A DNA stretch of 64,000 nucleotides from Deltaproteobacteria bacterium (GTDB lineage Bacteria > Myxococcota > Kuafuiibacteriia > Kuafuiibacteriales > Kuafuiibacteriaceae): assembly GCA_040218735.1 (NCBI GenBank), contig JAVJQW010000019.1, positions 256,001 to 320,000 of the forward strand. The letters are read 5' to 3'. The translations under genes and the position numbers were made by a program. Shown in pieces: positions 27,319 to 36,800 of the stretch. The notes below the pieces were generated by a model that saw only the letters and a list, made by a program, of their open reading frames with translations, did no database searches and was not told where the DNA came from. Position 1 is the stretch's first letter, and every line of letters starts with the position of its first letter.

Positions 27319-29147
27319 CGCCGCCCCTCGTTCACATCGATGACCCCGCGCTCGATGCGGTCCGCGCTTCGGCGCAGCCGGCCTGGGCTTACGATGTCGA
27401 CCGCCAGCAGATCGCCTGGGCGAACGACGCGGGCCTCGCGCTGTGGGGGGCGTCCGACCTCGACGCGCTGTCGGCGGAGCACCTCGGCGCCTGGATGGCG
27501 CCGGAGGCCTGGCGTCAGATCCACGCCTACTTCCTCGCGGTGCGCGACGGCGCGCGGATCGAAGAGCAGCTCACGATCTATCCGCAGGGTGAGCCGGTCA
27601 CGCTCCTGTGCCGCTGCTCCGGCGTTCGGCTCGGGTGCGGGCAGATCGCCGTGCTCGTGGAGGGGCGCGTCCGCACCATAGAGACCTCGACGCTGCGCGC
27701 CGTCGAGGCGCTCAAGACGACGGAGTTCCTCGTGTCGCTGATCGACTTCGAGGGCAACGCGCTGTTCGAAAACCCCCGCGCGCTCGCGGCGCACGGATTC
27801 ACGCGGCCGAGCGCGATCACGCGCCACGCCTTCCTCACACGCTTCCAGGACGAGGAGCAGGCCAACGAGGTCTGGTCGCAGCTGCTGATCGACGAGTCGT
27901 TCGAGGGTGAGCTCGAGGTGAAGACGCGGGACGGCACGCGGTGGCACGCCATCTGTTGCGCGACGACCACCGATCCGGTGACGGGGGTTCGCGTCGTGCT
28001 CGTCGAGGAGCGCGACGTCACCGCGCGTCGCAAGCTCGACGACCGCGTGCGCGTCCACGACCGCATGGCTTCGATCGGCGGCCTCGCGGGCGGGCTCGCG
28101 CACGAGATCAACAACCCGCTCGCCTACGCGACGATGAACCTCGAGCTCCTCGAGGAGTTCGCGGCGGAGGGCTTCGAGGACGTCGACCGGGACGAGCTCG
28201 CGACGATCCTCGCCGACATCCGCGAAGGCGTCGCGCGCATCCGAAGCACCGTCGCGGACCTCGCGGAGCTCGCGCGCGTCGACACCGGCGAGGCCGTCCC
28301 GGCGGACCTCCAAGCGATCCTCGAAACCGCCATCACGATGACCGCCGCGCAGGTCAAACATCAGGCGGCCGTCGTGCGTGACTTCGGCAAGATCCCCTGG
28401 ATCCAGGCGCGTCGCGCGCGGCTGTCGGACGCCTTGCTGCACCTGCTGCTCTACGCCGCACGGCGCGTCGAGCACGATCCCGGAACGCAGCATCACATCA
28501 AGGTGACGACGCGCGCCTCCGAGGACGGCGAACGTGTCATCGTCGAGATCGCGGACACCAGCACCGCGATGCCCGGCGACCTCGACAAGCTCTTCGAGCC
28601 GTTCGTCGCCCCGATGCCGGGCGGCGGAGCGCCGGGGCATCAGCTCTCCCGCGCGCGTCACAGCGTCGCCGAGCACGGCGGCGAGATCCGCGCGCGCCCC
28701 AACGCCGACGGCGGCCTCACGTTCCACGTCGAGCTCGTCGCCGCCGACCACGAAGTGCTCGAGACCCCGGCGCAGGCGCCGCGGCAGGTTCACGGCGCAC
28801 GCCGCGTCCTGGTCGTCGACGACGAGCCGGGCATCCGTCGCGCGATCGCGCGCCTCCTCGGCGAGCATGACGTCGACACGACGTCGTCGGGTGCCGAGGC
28901 GCTGGAGCACCACGACGTCACCGCCTACGACATCATCTTCTGCGACATGATGATGCCGGTGATGGACGGCATGGCGTTCTACCAAGCGGTCGCCGAACGG
29001 TTCGCCGGACACGAGAAGAAGATCGTGTTCATCACCGCGGGCGCCTTCACGCCGCGCACGGCGTCGTTCCTCGAGCACGTCCCGAACCCGACCGTCCCCA
29101 AGCCGTTCAGCCGGGATGTCCTCCGCGGGATCGTCGAGAGCCTTTGA
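27315..29147 (+). CDS. Hybrid sensor kinase (PAS-like - HisKA - degenerate HATPase - REC)
   Basis: IAWANDAGLALW PAS-like; GLAHEINNPL H-box; VLVVDDE and CDMMMPVMDG receiver; ATGA overlap with upstream gene. Confidence 0.88.
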   Translation: MTPPLVHIDDPALDAVRASAQPAWAYDVDRQQIAWANDAGLALWGASDLDALSAEHLGAWMAPEAWRQIHAYFLAVRDGARIEEQLTIYPQGEPVTLLCRCSGVRLGCGQIAVLVEGRVRTIETSTLRAVEALKTTEFLVSLIDFEGNALFENPRALAAHGFTRPSAITRHAFLTRFQDEEQANEVWSQLLIDESFEGELEVKTRDGTRWHAICCATTTDPVTGVRVVLVEERDVTARRKLDDRVRVHDRMASIGGLAGGLAHEINNPLAYATMNLELLEEFAAEGFEDVDRDELATILADIREGVARIRSTVADLAELARVDTGEAVPADLQAILETAITMTAAQVKHQAAVVRDFGKIPWIQARRARLSDALLHLLLYAARRVEHDPGTQHHIKVTTRASEDGERVIVEIADTSTAMPGDLDKLFEPFVAPMPGGGAPGHQLSRARHSVAEHGGEIRARPNADGGLTFHVELVAADHEVLETPAQAPRQVHGARRVLVVDDEPGIRRAIARLLGEHDVDTTSSGAEALEHHDVTAYDIIFCDMMMPVMDGMAFYQAVAERFAGHEKKIVFITAGAFTPRTASFLEHVPNPTVPKPFSRDVLRGIVESL

Positions 29148-29182
29148 CCGTCGCCGATCTCCGACGGCGAGACCCGGCCCGA

Positions 29183-29536
29183 TCAAACGAACAACGCGGG
29201 CGCGAGCACCAAGCTCACCGCGACGTCGACCCACATCACGCGGCGGAGCGCCGCGGCCTCCGTCGGTGAGCTCACGAAGAGGACGACGAACGCGAGCATC
29301 GAGACGAGCCCCGCGATCCCGACGGGCCGACGCAGCGCCGGGACGAACGCGGCGGCGATCAAGAGCGCGCCGAGCAGCCCGAAGAGGACGGCGCGGTGGC
29401 GCATGAGCAGCAGCAGCTCGGGCCCGTCGATCGCGACGCCGTACAGCTGCGTGAGGCGCGCGGCGGAGAGGGCCCCGAGGCTGGGGACGAGGTGAACGAG
29501 GCCGGCCAGGAGAAAGGCGATCGTGGTCAGTCGCAC
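29183..29536 (-). CDS. Small 4-TM membrane protein
   Basis: GLVHLVP, LYGV, LLMRHRAVLFGLLG; GTG start inferred. Confidence 0.75.
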   Translation of the reverse strand: MRLTTIAFLLAGLVHLVPSLGALSAARLTQLYGVAIDGPELLLLMRHRAVLFGLLGALLIAAAFVPALRRPVGIAGLVSMLAFVVLFVSSPTEAAALRRVMWVDVAVSLVLAPALFV

Positions 29537-29615
29537 GTGACGATCCTCGACGACGTCGCGGTGCGGCGTCGATGACCTCGACAGGTCATGCACGCGCGCT
29601 CGATGCTCCTCGCCC

Positions 29616-30209
29616 ATGGTCGACCTCGACGTCCGCTGCGACTGCGGCACCGTCCGCGCCGTCATCCGCGACGCCACGCCCGAGAACACAAACCGCGTCG
29701 TGTGTGAGTGCGGCTGGTGCCAGCGCTACGCGCACCTGCTCGAACGCGTCGACACGATGTTGGACGAGCGCGGCGGCACCGAAGTCTTCCAGATTCGACC
29801 GTCGTCGTTGGAGCTGCTCGCCGGTCAGGATCGGCTCGAATGCATGCACCTCACCAGCGGGGGCGCGCGGCGCTGGTACGCGGGGTGTTGTCGCTCGCCG
29901 ATCGCCAACACCCTCGCCAAGCCCGGACCGCCGTTCGTCGGCGTGCTCGCGTGTTGCGTCGACTGGACGCAGGTCGCCAAGGAGGAGGCGCTCGGTCCGG
30001 TGCGGGTGCGGGTGAACGGTGTGGTCCCGCCCGCGGATCGCACCCGACTCCGCGCGCGTCGTCGCGATCAGTTCTCGATGCTCGGGCACTATGCACCGAA
30101 GTTCTTCGGGTGGTGGCTCCGCGGCGAGGGCAAACAGATCCCGTTCTTCGACGCCGCCGGACAGCCGATCGCCGAGCCGGAGCGCATCCGGACCGAGCCG
30201 GTGCGCTGA
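29616..30209 (+). CDS. DUF6151 / GFA-like Zn-binding protein
   Basis: CDCG, VCECGWCQRYA, GGTEVFQ, RWYAGCCRSPIANT. Confidence 0.82.
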   Translation: MVDLDVRCDCGTVRAVIRDATPENTNRVVCECGWCQRYAHLLERVDTMLDERGGTEVFQIRPSSLELLAGQDRLECMHLTSGGARRWYAGCCRSPIANTLAKPGPPFVGVLACCVDWTQVAKEEALGPVRVRVNGVVPPADRTRLRARRRDQFSMLGHYAPKFFGWWLRGEGKQIPFFDAAGQPIAEPERIRTEPVR

Positions 30210-32852
30210 TCACGGGCGACGACGACGCTTCTTGCGGTTCGAGCGCTCGTGCGGTTCGGGGAGCGTGAACTTCGCGTCTTCGGCGGTCGGGATCCACGTC
30301 GCGTAGCGGCGCTCGTCGAGCTCGATGGCGACGCGGGAGAAGGCGGCCTCGATCGGGATGGTCACGGGGAGCGGACCGACGGCCTCGTCTTCCAGGAAAC
30401 CGATGCTGCCGGGCGGCCCGGCGAGGGTGATCGTGGCTTTGGGGAGCGGCGCCCCGTCGAGCGCGACGTGGTCGCCGCCGCCGAAGCTCGGGCAGCGCAC
30501 GAGCCACGCGCCCCGTCGCTCGGTGGCGCCGCGGAGGCGAACGACGGCTGCGCCGTGCACCGCGAGGTGGTCGCCGTAGGTGAGGTCCGCGGCGACGCCT
30601 TCGTAGTTGGTCTTGGCGTCGGCGGCGAGATCGAGTCCGCACGGCTTCACGTCTTTCGGGAGGCGCTCGAGCCGCGCGCGGATGACGCCGCGGTCCGGGA
30701 GCACCAGGCGCTGCGGTTCGTGCCCGGGCGCGGTGACGAGCACGCTGGCTTCGACGCCGGTCGGGACGAGGACCCGCAGGGGGGCGCGGCCGAGGACCCG
30801 CCCGTCGCGTTCGCCCACGATGATCGCGCCCTGGGGATCCGCGTCGATCCGCACCGCGTTCTCGTGGGTGGCGACGTGCGCCGCGGGGGGCGCGTCGTCG
30901 TCGAGGAGGCCGCGAATCGTGTCTTGGTTCTGCCAGGCCCACACCGCCGCGCCGACGCTGGAGAGGATCAGGAACACGGCGAGCACGGCCCGCTTCGGGC
31001 CTTGGTTCGTCGCGATGGCGCGGAGCTCCGGGCCGAGCGTCGGTGAATGGGAGCCGTCGATCAGCGCCGGCGACTTCTGGGGTGCGTCGGCGACGGTCGG
31101 TAGCGCGAGCGTCGGGATCGCGTCCACCGCGGGGCGCTCGACGGGCGGGACGGTCGGCCACGCGTCGGTCGGGAGGGTGTCGGGCTCCGCCGAGACCGGG
31201 GGGCGTTGGGTTCGCAGGGCGTCGACGTCGGGTGCGGTGCGCGCGGCGTCGGCCGTCGGCTCCGCATCGAGGTGCGGCGGCTCGGTGCGTTCTTCGTCGA
31301 GGGTCTCCGTGTCGCCGATGTCGTCGGGCTCGGTCGTGACGTCGAGGTGTGTCGGGTGGGACTGCGCGACCTCCCACTCGCCCGCGGGTCGGGTGGGGGC
31401 CTCCTGCTCGCTCATCCGATTCCCGACGATGATCGGCACAGGCTCGACGAGGACGCTGTCGAGGCTGTCGTTGCGGCGGTCGCGACGCGGGGCGATGGGG
31501 GCAGGCTCGACGTCGAAGTCCACGGGCGTGCCGACGTCCGGGTCCTTGGCGGTGGCCTCGAGGAGCTGGTCGAAGTCGGCGCGGATGAGGTGCGGCCACT
31601 CGGACCGCGGCTGCCGGTGACACGCGCGCGCGAGGTCGGTGAGGCCCATGTAGCGGAAAGACGGGCCGCCGGCGCTGCCGATCTGCACGACGCCCGTGCC
31701 GAACGTGTGTTGGAGCTCGCGCCGCTCGAGGTCCGCGGCGACGGCGGCGAGGAACGCACCGAACTCGTCGGACGAGAAGAAGAACGCCCACGGTGGGCCC
31801 GCGTCGAGCGTGGGTTCGTCGTCGATCTCCGGGAGGTCTTGCGACGCGGAGGGGGTCTGAATCGTGCCGCCGGGCGGGAGCACCATCGGGACGGGGCCGC
31901 CGGTGTCGAGGCGGGTCATCTGGGGCACGGTGCTGGCGGCGTTCTTCGACGTGAGCGGGGGATCGTGGGGCGCGAGCTCGGCGTGGATCGCTTCGAGCTC
32001 GGCGAGCACCTCGGTCGCGCGAACGGGGCGACGCGACGGGTCCGCGCTCCCGAGCCGCTGCAGGAGCGCGCGGAAGTTGTCGGGGAGCCGATCGAACCCC
32101 GGCGCGAGGGCGATGAGTGTGTGTCCGAGTCGCCAGAGGTCACCGAGCTTCGTGGGGGCGGCGGCCGGGATCTCTTCGGGGGCGAGGCGGGCGCAGGGCA
32201 TCTCGGTCGCGAGGTGGTGCGGCGCGATGGAGACTGGGACGCCGACGATCTCGGCCCCGTCGGCGTGGACGATGACGGTGTGCTCGGAGAGCAGCGGCTC
32301 GAAGCCGCCGAGGATGTGGCGCGTTGCGAGCCGCGTGCAAAGGGCGACCGCGATCCGCAGCAGGTGCGTCGTGTCCTCGACGTACATGCCGGGCGCGCTC
32401 AGCCGGTCGACGTCGGTGCGCCACGGCATCGCCCAGAACAGGACGCGCGACCCGTCTTCGCGGTCGGCGCCGCCGTGCGCGAGGATCGGGATCTCGTTGT
32501 CGACGAACAGCGCGGCGGTGGCCTTCGCGACGCGCGCCTCCTCGCGCGGATCGATCGCGTCCGCGAGGTGCGCGAGCTGCAGCAGCACCGCCTCCCCGTT
32601 GGGCCCGCGCGCCTCCACGAGCCAGGCGCCCGGCGCGCGGACGACGCCGCGCAGCACGTCGTAGGGTCCGACGCGGAACAGCGCCTGGACGCCGTTGTCG
32701 ATGATGCGGACGGGGTTGCGGTGACCGAGCAGCTCGCTGCGGTCGATGAGGCGCGTGATGATGCGCGATTCACTTCGGCCCGTCATCACCTGCCGTAGGA
32801 CGCTCGCCGCGCCGGGATCGTCCCCCGGCTCGGACGATCGCCCGACCCCCAT
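30210..32852 (-). CDS. Pseudokinase-like membrane protein with PEGA-like C-terminus
   Basis: GPYDVL, LAPEE, DLWRLG, DPSRRP kinase C-lobe remnants without HRD/DFG; long Pro/Asp/Thr linker; TM; DADPQGAII...LGRAP. Confidence 0.7.
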   Translation of the reverse strand: MGVGRSSEPGDDPGAASVLRQVMTGRSESRIITRLIDRSELLGHRNPVRIIDNGVQALFRVGPYDVLRGVVRAPGAWLVEARGPNGEAVLLQLAHLADAIDPREEARVAKATAALFVDNEIPILAHGGADREDGSRVLFWAMPWRTDVDRLSAPGMYVEDTTHLLRIAVALCTRLATRHILGGFEPLLSEHTVIVHADGAEIVGVPVSIAPHHLATEMPCARLAPEEIPAAAPTKLGDLWRLGHTLIALAPGFDRLPDNFRALLQRLGSADPSRRPVRATEVLAELEAIHAELAPHDPPLTSKNAASTVPQMTRLDTGGPVPMVLPPGGTIQTPSASQDLPEIDDEPTLDAGPPWAFFFSSDEFGAFLAAVAADLERRELQHTFGTGVVQIGSAGGPSFRYMGLTDLARACHRQPRSEWPHLIRADFDQLLEATAKDPDVGTPVDFDVEPAPIAPRRDRRNDSLDSVLVEPVPIIVGNRMSEQEAPTRPAGEWEVAQSHPTHLDVTTEPDDIGDTETLDEERTEPPHLDAEPTADAARTAPDVDALRTQRPPVSAEPDTLPTDAWPTVPPVERPAVDAIPTLALPTVADAPQKSPALIDGSHSPTLGPELRAIATNQGPKRAVLAVFLILSSVGAAVWAWQNQDTIRGLLDDDAPPAAHVATHENAVRIDADPQGAIIVGERDGRVLGRAPLRVLVPTGVEASVLVTAPGHEPQRLVLPDRGVIRARLERLPKDVKPCGLDLAADAKTNYEGVAADLTYGDHLAVHGAAVVRLRGATERRGAWLVRCPSFGGGDHVALDGAPLPKATITLAGPPGSIGFLEDEAVGPLPVTIPIEAAFSRVAIELDERRYATWIPTAEDAKFTLPEPHERSNRKKRRRRP

Positions 32853-32887
32853 CTTATCGTACCAGGACGCTGACGAAGTCAGCCGTC

Positions 32888-33055
32888 CCCCTTGAACTTG
32901 AACTTGCCCTTTCCCTTGCCCTCGATGGGAGAGGGTTCCTGGCGACTCGACATGATCCAGGGCTATCGCGCGTCCTTGCCCTGGTTCACGGCGGTCCGGC
33001 AGGAATCGCCGACGTGCTCGAGGGCAAGGAGAAGGGCAAGTTCAAGTTCAAGGGG
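32888..33055. mobile_element. MITE/REP-like inverted-repeat element, copy 2 (opposite orientation to copy 1)
   Basis: 38 bp terminal inverted repeats 32888-32925 / 33018-33055 with two mismatches; interior is the reverse complement of the copy 1 interior. Confidence 0.75.
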
Positions 33056-33069
33056 CACGTGTGACTGCG

Positions 33070-33807
33070 TCACCGTGCGCGCAACAAATAGGTCCTCGCC
33101 CGCCGCGCCGCGGCCTCCGACCACGCGCGGAACCTCACCACCAGGCGGGTCGGATCCGTCGGGTCGATCGTCACCGTCACGGCGCGGGACCCGTCGCGGT
33201 AGGGGCAGAGCTGGGCGCTCCGCTCGGCCTGGGCGACGTCCTCCGGCTTGGCCGGGTGCTCCAGGTGGAGCGTGTACTCCACCGGGTAGGCGCGCTCGGG
33301 GGACGAGACCTTGAAGGTCTGGCCGTCGAGGGTCGCGACCGGGACGTGGACGCGTTCGCCGTCGTCGGTGCGGAGGATGAGCTGGAAGAGGCCGATGCGC
33401 TCGACGATCCCGACGCACGTGTCCAGCTCGAGCCGGGCGCCGATGCCCAGGCGGCTCGTCAGCACCTGCGCCAGGCCCACGCCCCACGCGCGCGCGCGGA
33501 GGCCGAAGGTGAACACCATCGAGGCGCCGCCGAGGACGAGCACGAACGTCACGAGGAGCGGCGCGCCTCGGTAGAAGTAACGGACGATCAGCGACACCGC
33601 GCCGCCCAGCGCGAAGAGGTTCACGGCGGGGAGCAGCAGCGGGTTGTTGGTCAGCGCCCGCGTGCGGACCTGGAGCGCCTTCTTCAGCATCGCGGCGACG
33701 AACCAGACGCCGGCGAGCAGGACGAGCAGGACGAGGCCGTCGACCCCGAACAGGATGCGCAGGAGGCTCTCGGCCTCGGCGTCGATGCGCGACAGCAGCA
33801 GGTCCAT
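33070..33807 (-). CDS. MscS-family mechanosensitive channel-like protein
   Basis: Three TM helices then LGIGARLELDTCVGIVERIGLFQLILRTDDGERVHVP (MscS beta domain); TGATG overlap with upstream gene. Confidence 0.8.
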   Translation of the reverse strand: MDLLLSRIDAEAESLLRILFGVDGLVLLVLLAGVWFVAAMLKKALQVRTRALTNNPLLLPAVNLFALGGAVSLIVRYFYRGAPLLVTFVLVLGGASMVFTFGLRARAWGVGLAQVLTSRLGIGARLELDTCVGIVERIGLFQLILRTDDGERVHVPVATLDGQTFKVSSPERAYPVEYTLHLEHPAKPEDVAQAERSAQLCPYRDGSRAVTVTIDPTDPTRLVVRFRAWSEAAARRARTYLLRAR

Positions 33808-36800
33808 CAGCTCACCACGCCCTGACGCTCGAGCACCGTCGAGACCTGCTTGGACATGTGCGCGGGGATCGCGACCCGCCCGCCGCGGCGCATGCGCAAC
33901 ACGAGCCCGGCGTCTTCGAGGGGCAGGAGCGCACCGCCGGCTTCGTCGGGCGGGACGCCGAGCACCTCGGCGACCTCCACCTGCGACAGCGGACCGAAGC
34001 GCACGAGCAGGCCGAGCACCGCGAGCGCGTCCACGGGGATCTGCTCGCCGAACGGGATCGACGTCTGCGACGGCGGCTCGAGCAGCAGCGTGGTGTCGCC
34101 GTTCACCTTGATGCTCCGGACGTGCGCGAGGAGCGCCGCGCGGAGGTTGCCGCCCGAGACGCGGGTGACGGCGCGGTAGTAGTCGTCGGCGGCCTTCTGC
34201 GGGCGCCAGGCACGACCGAGGAAGCGTCGCTGCTCGTGCTCGGCGGTGAAGCCGGAGAGGCTCGTCCGGGCTTCGAGGACCTCGCGGACCTCCTGCACGG
34301 ACAGCGGTGCGAGTGTGAAGCGACGACCGAACGCGGCGGACAGCGGCGCCATCTCCTCGAGCAGCGCGAGCGCGGACGTGGACGTCGACGCGACCCAGTG
34401 TGTGAACGCGCTGGTCGACATGACCGTCTGCAAGAACCTCGAGAGGTCGTCGAGGCCCGCGGCGGTCGGGAGGACGTAGTGCTCGATGTCGTCGATCAGA
34501 ATGATCGTCGTCTTGCGACGGAGCGCGACGGAGATGGATCGCGGATCGGGGTTGGTGCGCAGCTCGCGGGCGATGGCGCGGACGAGGCCGCCGCGCCGCG
34601 AGTGGAAGCGCGGGTCGATGCGGAGCACGCGGTGTCGCGCGAGGCGGAGCTCGAGCGCGTTGACGACCGAGGTGCGGCCGCTGCCGTGGTCACCGATGAC
34701 GAGCACGTTGGCGAACTGCTCGGTGCGCCCGGGTTGGATCGACTTGATGAGCTGCTCGAGCTGCGGCTTGTAGGCGACCGCGAGGCGGAGGTCTTCGATC
34801 GGCTCGAGGCTGAAGACCTTCTGGTGGATCGGCGGCAGCGACAGCGCCGCGGGGTCCGGGACGAAGCGGTCCAGGTACTGCCGCATCTGGCTCGCGTCGA
34901 GGCGGCGCTGGCCCGAGCGGATCAGCCAGTCGCGCACCTGTCGCCCGCGGACGATCGCGATCGCGGCGTTGGCGACGCGGCGGCGGGCGCGCTGGAGCGA
35001 GCGACGCACGCGGTCGACGGCGTCGGCGACGGTGCGGCGCGTCGGCTGCCGGCCGCGGGGGCGCGGCGGGGTCCCGTCGCTGGTGACGAGGGCTTCGAGG
35101 TCGTGGCAGGTCTCCTCGGCGAGGGTGTCGAGCTCCTTCGACGCGACCTCCTGCGCCTCGGTGAGCTCGCGGACGTACTGGTCGAGGCGGTCGCGGCTGC
35201 GGGTGGTGGACTCTTTGACGATCGCGCGCCACGTGACGTCGTCGGTGGTCTTGCCGGCGTCGTTGCCCGCGTTGTCGAGGCCGAAGCTCGCGGCGCCCAT
35301 CGCTTCGTCGAGGCGGGTCTCGCCCTGCACGACGATGTCCGAGACGTCGCGTACGACGTCGAGCATCTGCGGCGCGAAGGACTCGATGAGGAGGCCCTCG
35401 ATGCGGTTCGCCACGGAGGACTTGCGGATCTCGATCTTCCGCACGTCCGGGATCGTGTCGGGTTCGATCAGCTCCAGCGACTTCGGCGCGAGCTCCACGA
35501 GCTCCGAGAGCTCGGCGAGCAGGTCGGACGCCTGCGTCGCGTGGCGGTACTTGTCGCGAAGCCCGGTGAAGCGGTTGCGCTCGCGTTTGGGGTACAGCTC
35601 CTCCGCGGCCGCTTCGATCTCCGCGCGCGGCGCGGGTTCGTCGCCCTCCAACGATTCGAGGAGGACCTCGAGGCGGCTCTTGAGCGTGGCGGCGATCGGG
35701 AGGAGGTCCGTCTCGACCACGTCGAGCGGGACACGCACGCGCTTCTTCACGATCGCGACGAACGCGTCGCGCACGCGCTCGACGGCGGCGGCGGCGCGCA
35801 GGGTGTCGTAGGCGGCGTCGACGACTTCACGCCAGCGCGCGGCGTCGCCCTCCAGGCGTTCGAGCGCGGCGCGTCCGATCGGTTCGACCGCGGAGAGGCG
35901 CAGCGCGGACGCCGGAACGCCGGGGCTGCCGACGAGTCCGTAGGCGTCGATCGTCGCGTGCATCCCGCGGTCCACGGCGTCGATGAGATCGCGCCGAACG
36001 TCGTCGAGGAACGCGGCGGTGATCAGGTCGATCGCCTGCCGGCACTCGTCCGCGGTGATCGCGCCGATCACGTGCTGGCGCGCTTGCCACACCAGCTTCA
36101 GCTGCGTCGCGAACCACTTCTCGCGTGCGTCGAGGAGCGCTTCGCACAGCCGCGCTTCGATCGCGATGCGTGCGATCATGCGCGTGGGGACGGTGCGCGT
36201 TCGGCCGGCGAGCGCGGGGAAGTTGCGGCGCCACCAGCGGGCGACGCGCGTTCGTCGTCGATCCTGTGGTCGGCGGATCAGGAGCGCCGCCGACATGGGG
36301 ACGGTGACGGCGGTGTCGACGGCACCGAGCGCCGTCTGCAGATCTTCGACGACCGCGAGCAGCTCCTTCTCGAGACCTTCGGCGACGTCGTCCAGGTCCT
36401 GCTCGAGCGCCTCCGCGACGTGCACGGGCGCGCCGGACTTGGACGCGCCCGGTTCGACGAACAGGCGGATGCTTGCCTTGCGGCCCCGGTCGGCGAGGGG
36501 CTGCAGCTGCTCTTCGATCAGCGCTTCGAAGCGGCCGCGGAGGGTGTCGTCGAGCCGATGAACGATCTCCACCAGCTCCGGTGCGTCGAGGCGTGACGGG
36601 TCGGGGCGGTCCGTCGGAACGGGCGCGGGGGCGTCGGACTCGGGCGCGGCCTCCGGCGCCTCTTCCTCCTCGCGGGACCCCACCTCGCCGGCGCGTTTGA
36701 ACGCCAACCCCATGAGCACGGGGCCGATGACCAAGTTGATCGCGACGAGCGCGAGCCCCGTGCGGTGCAAGGGATCTTGCAACACCGGGAGCGCCTTCTC

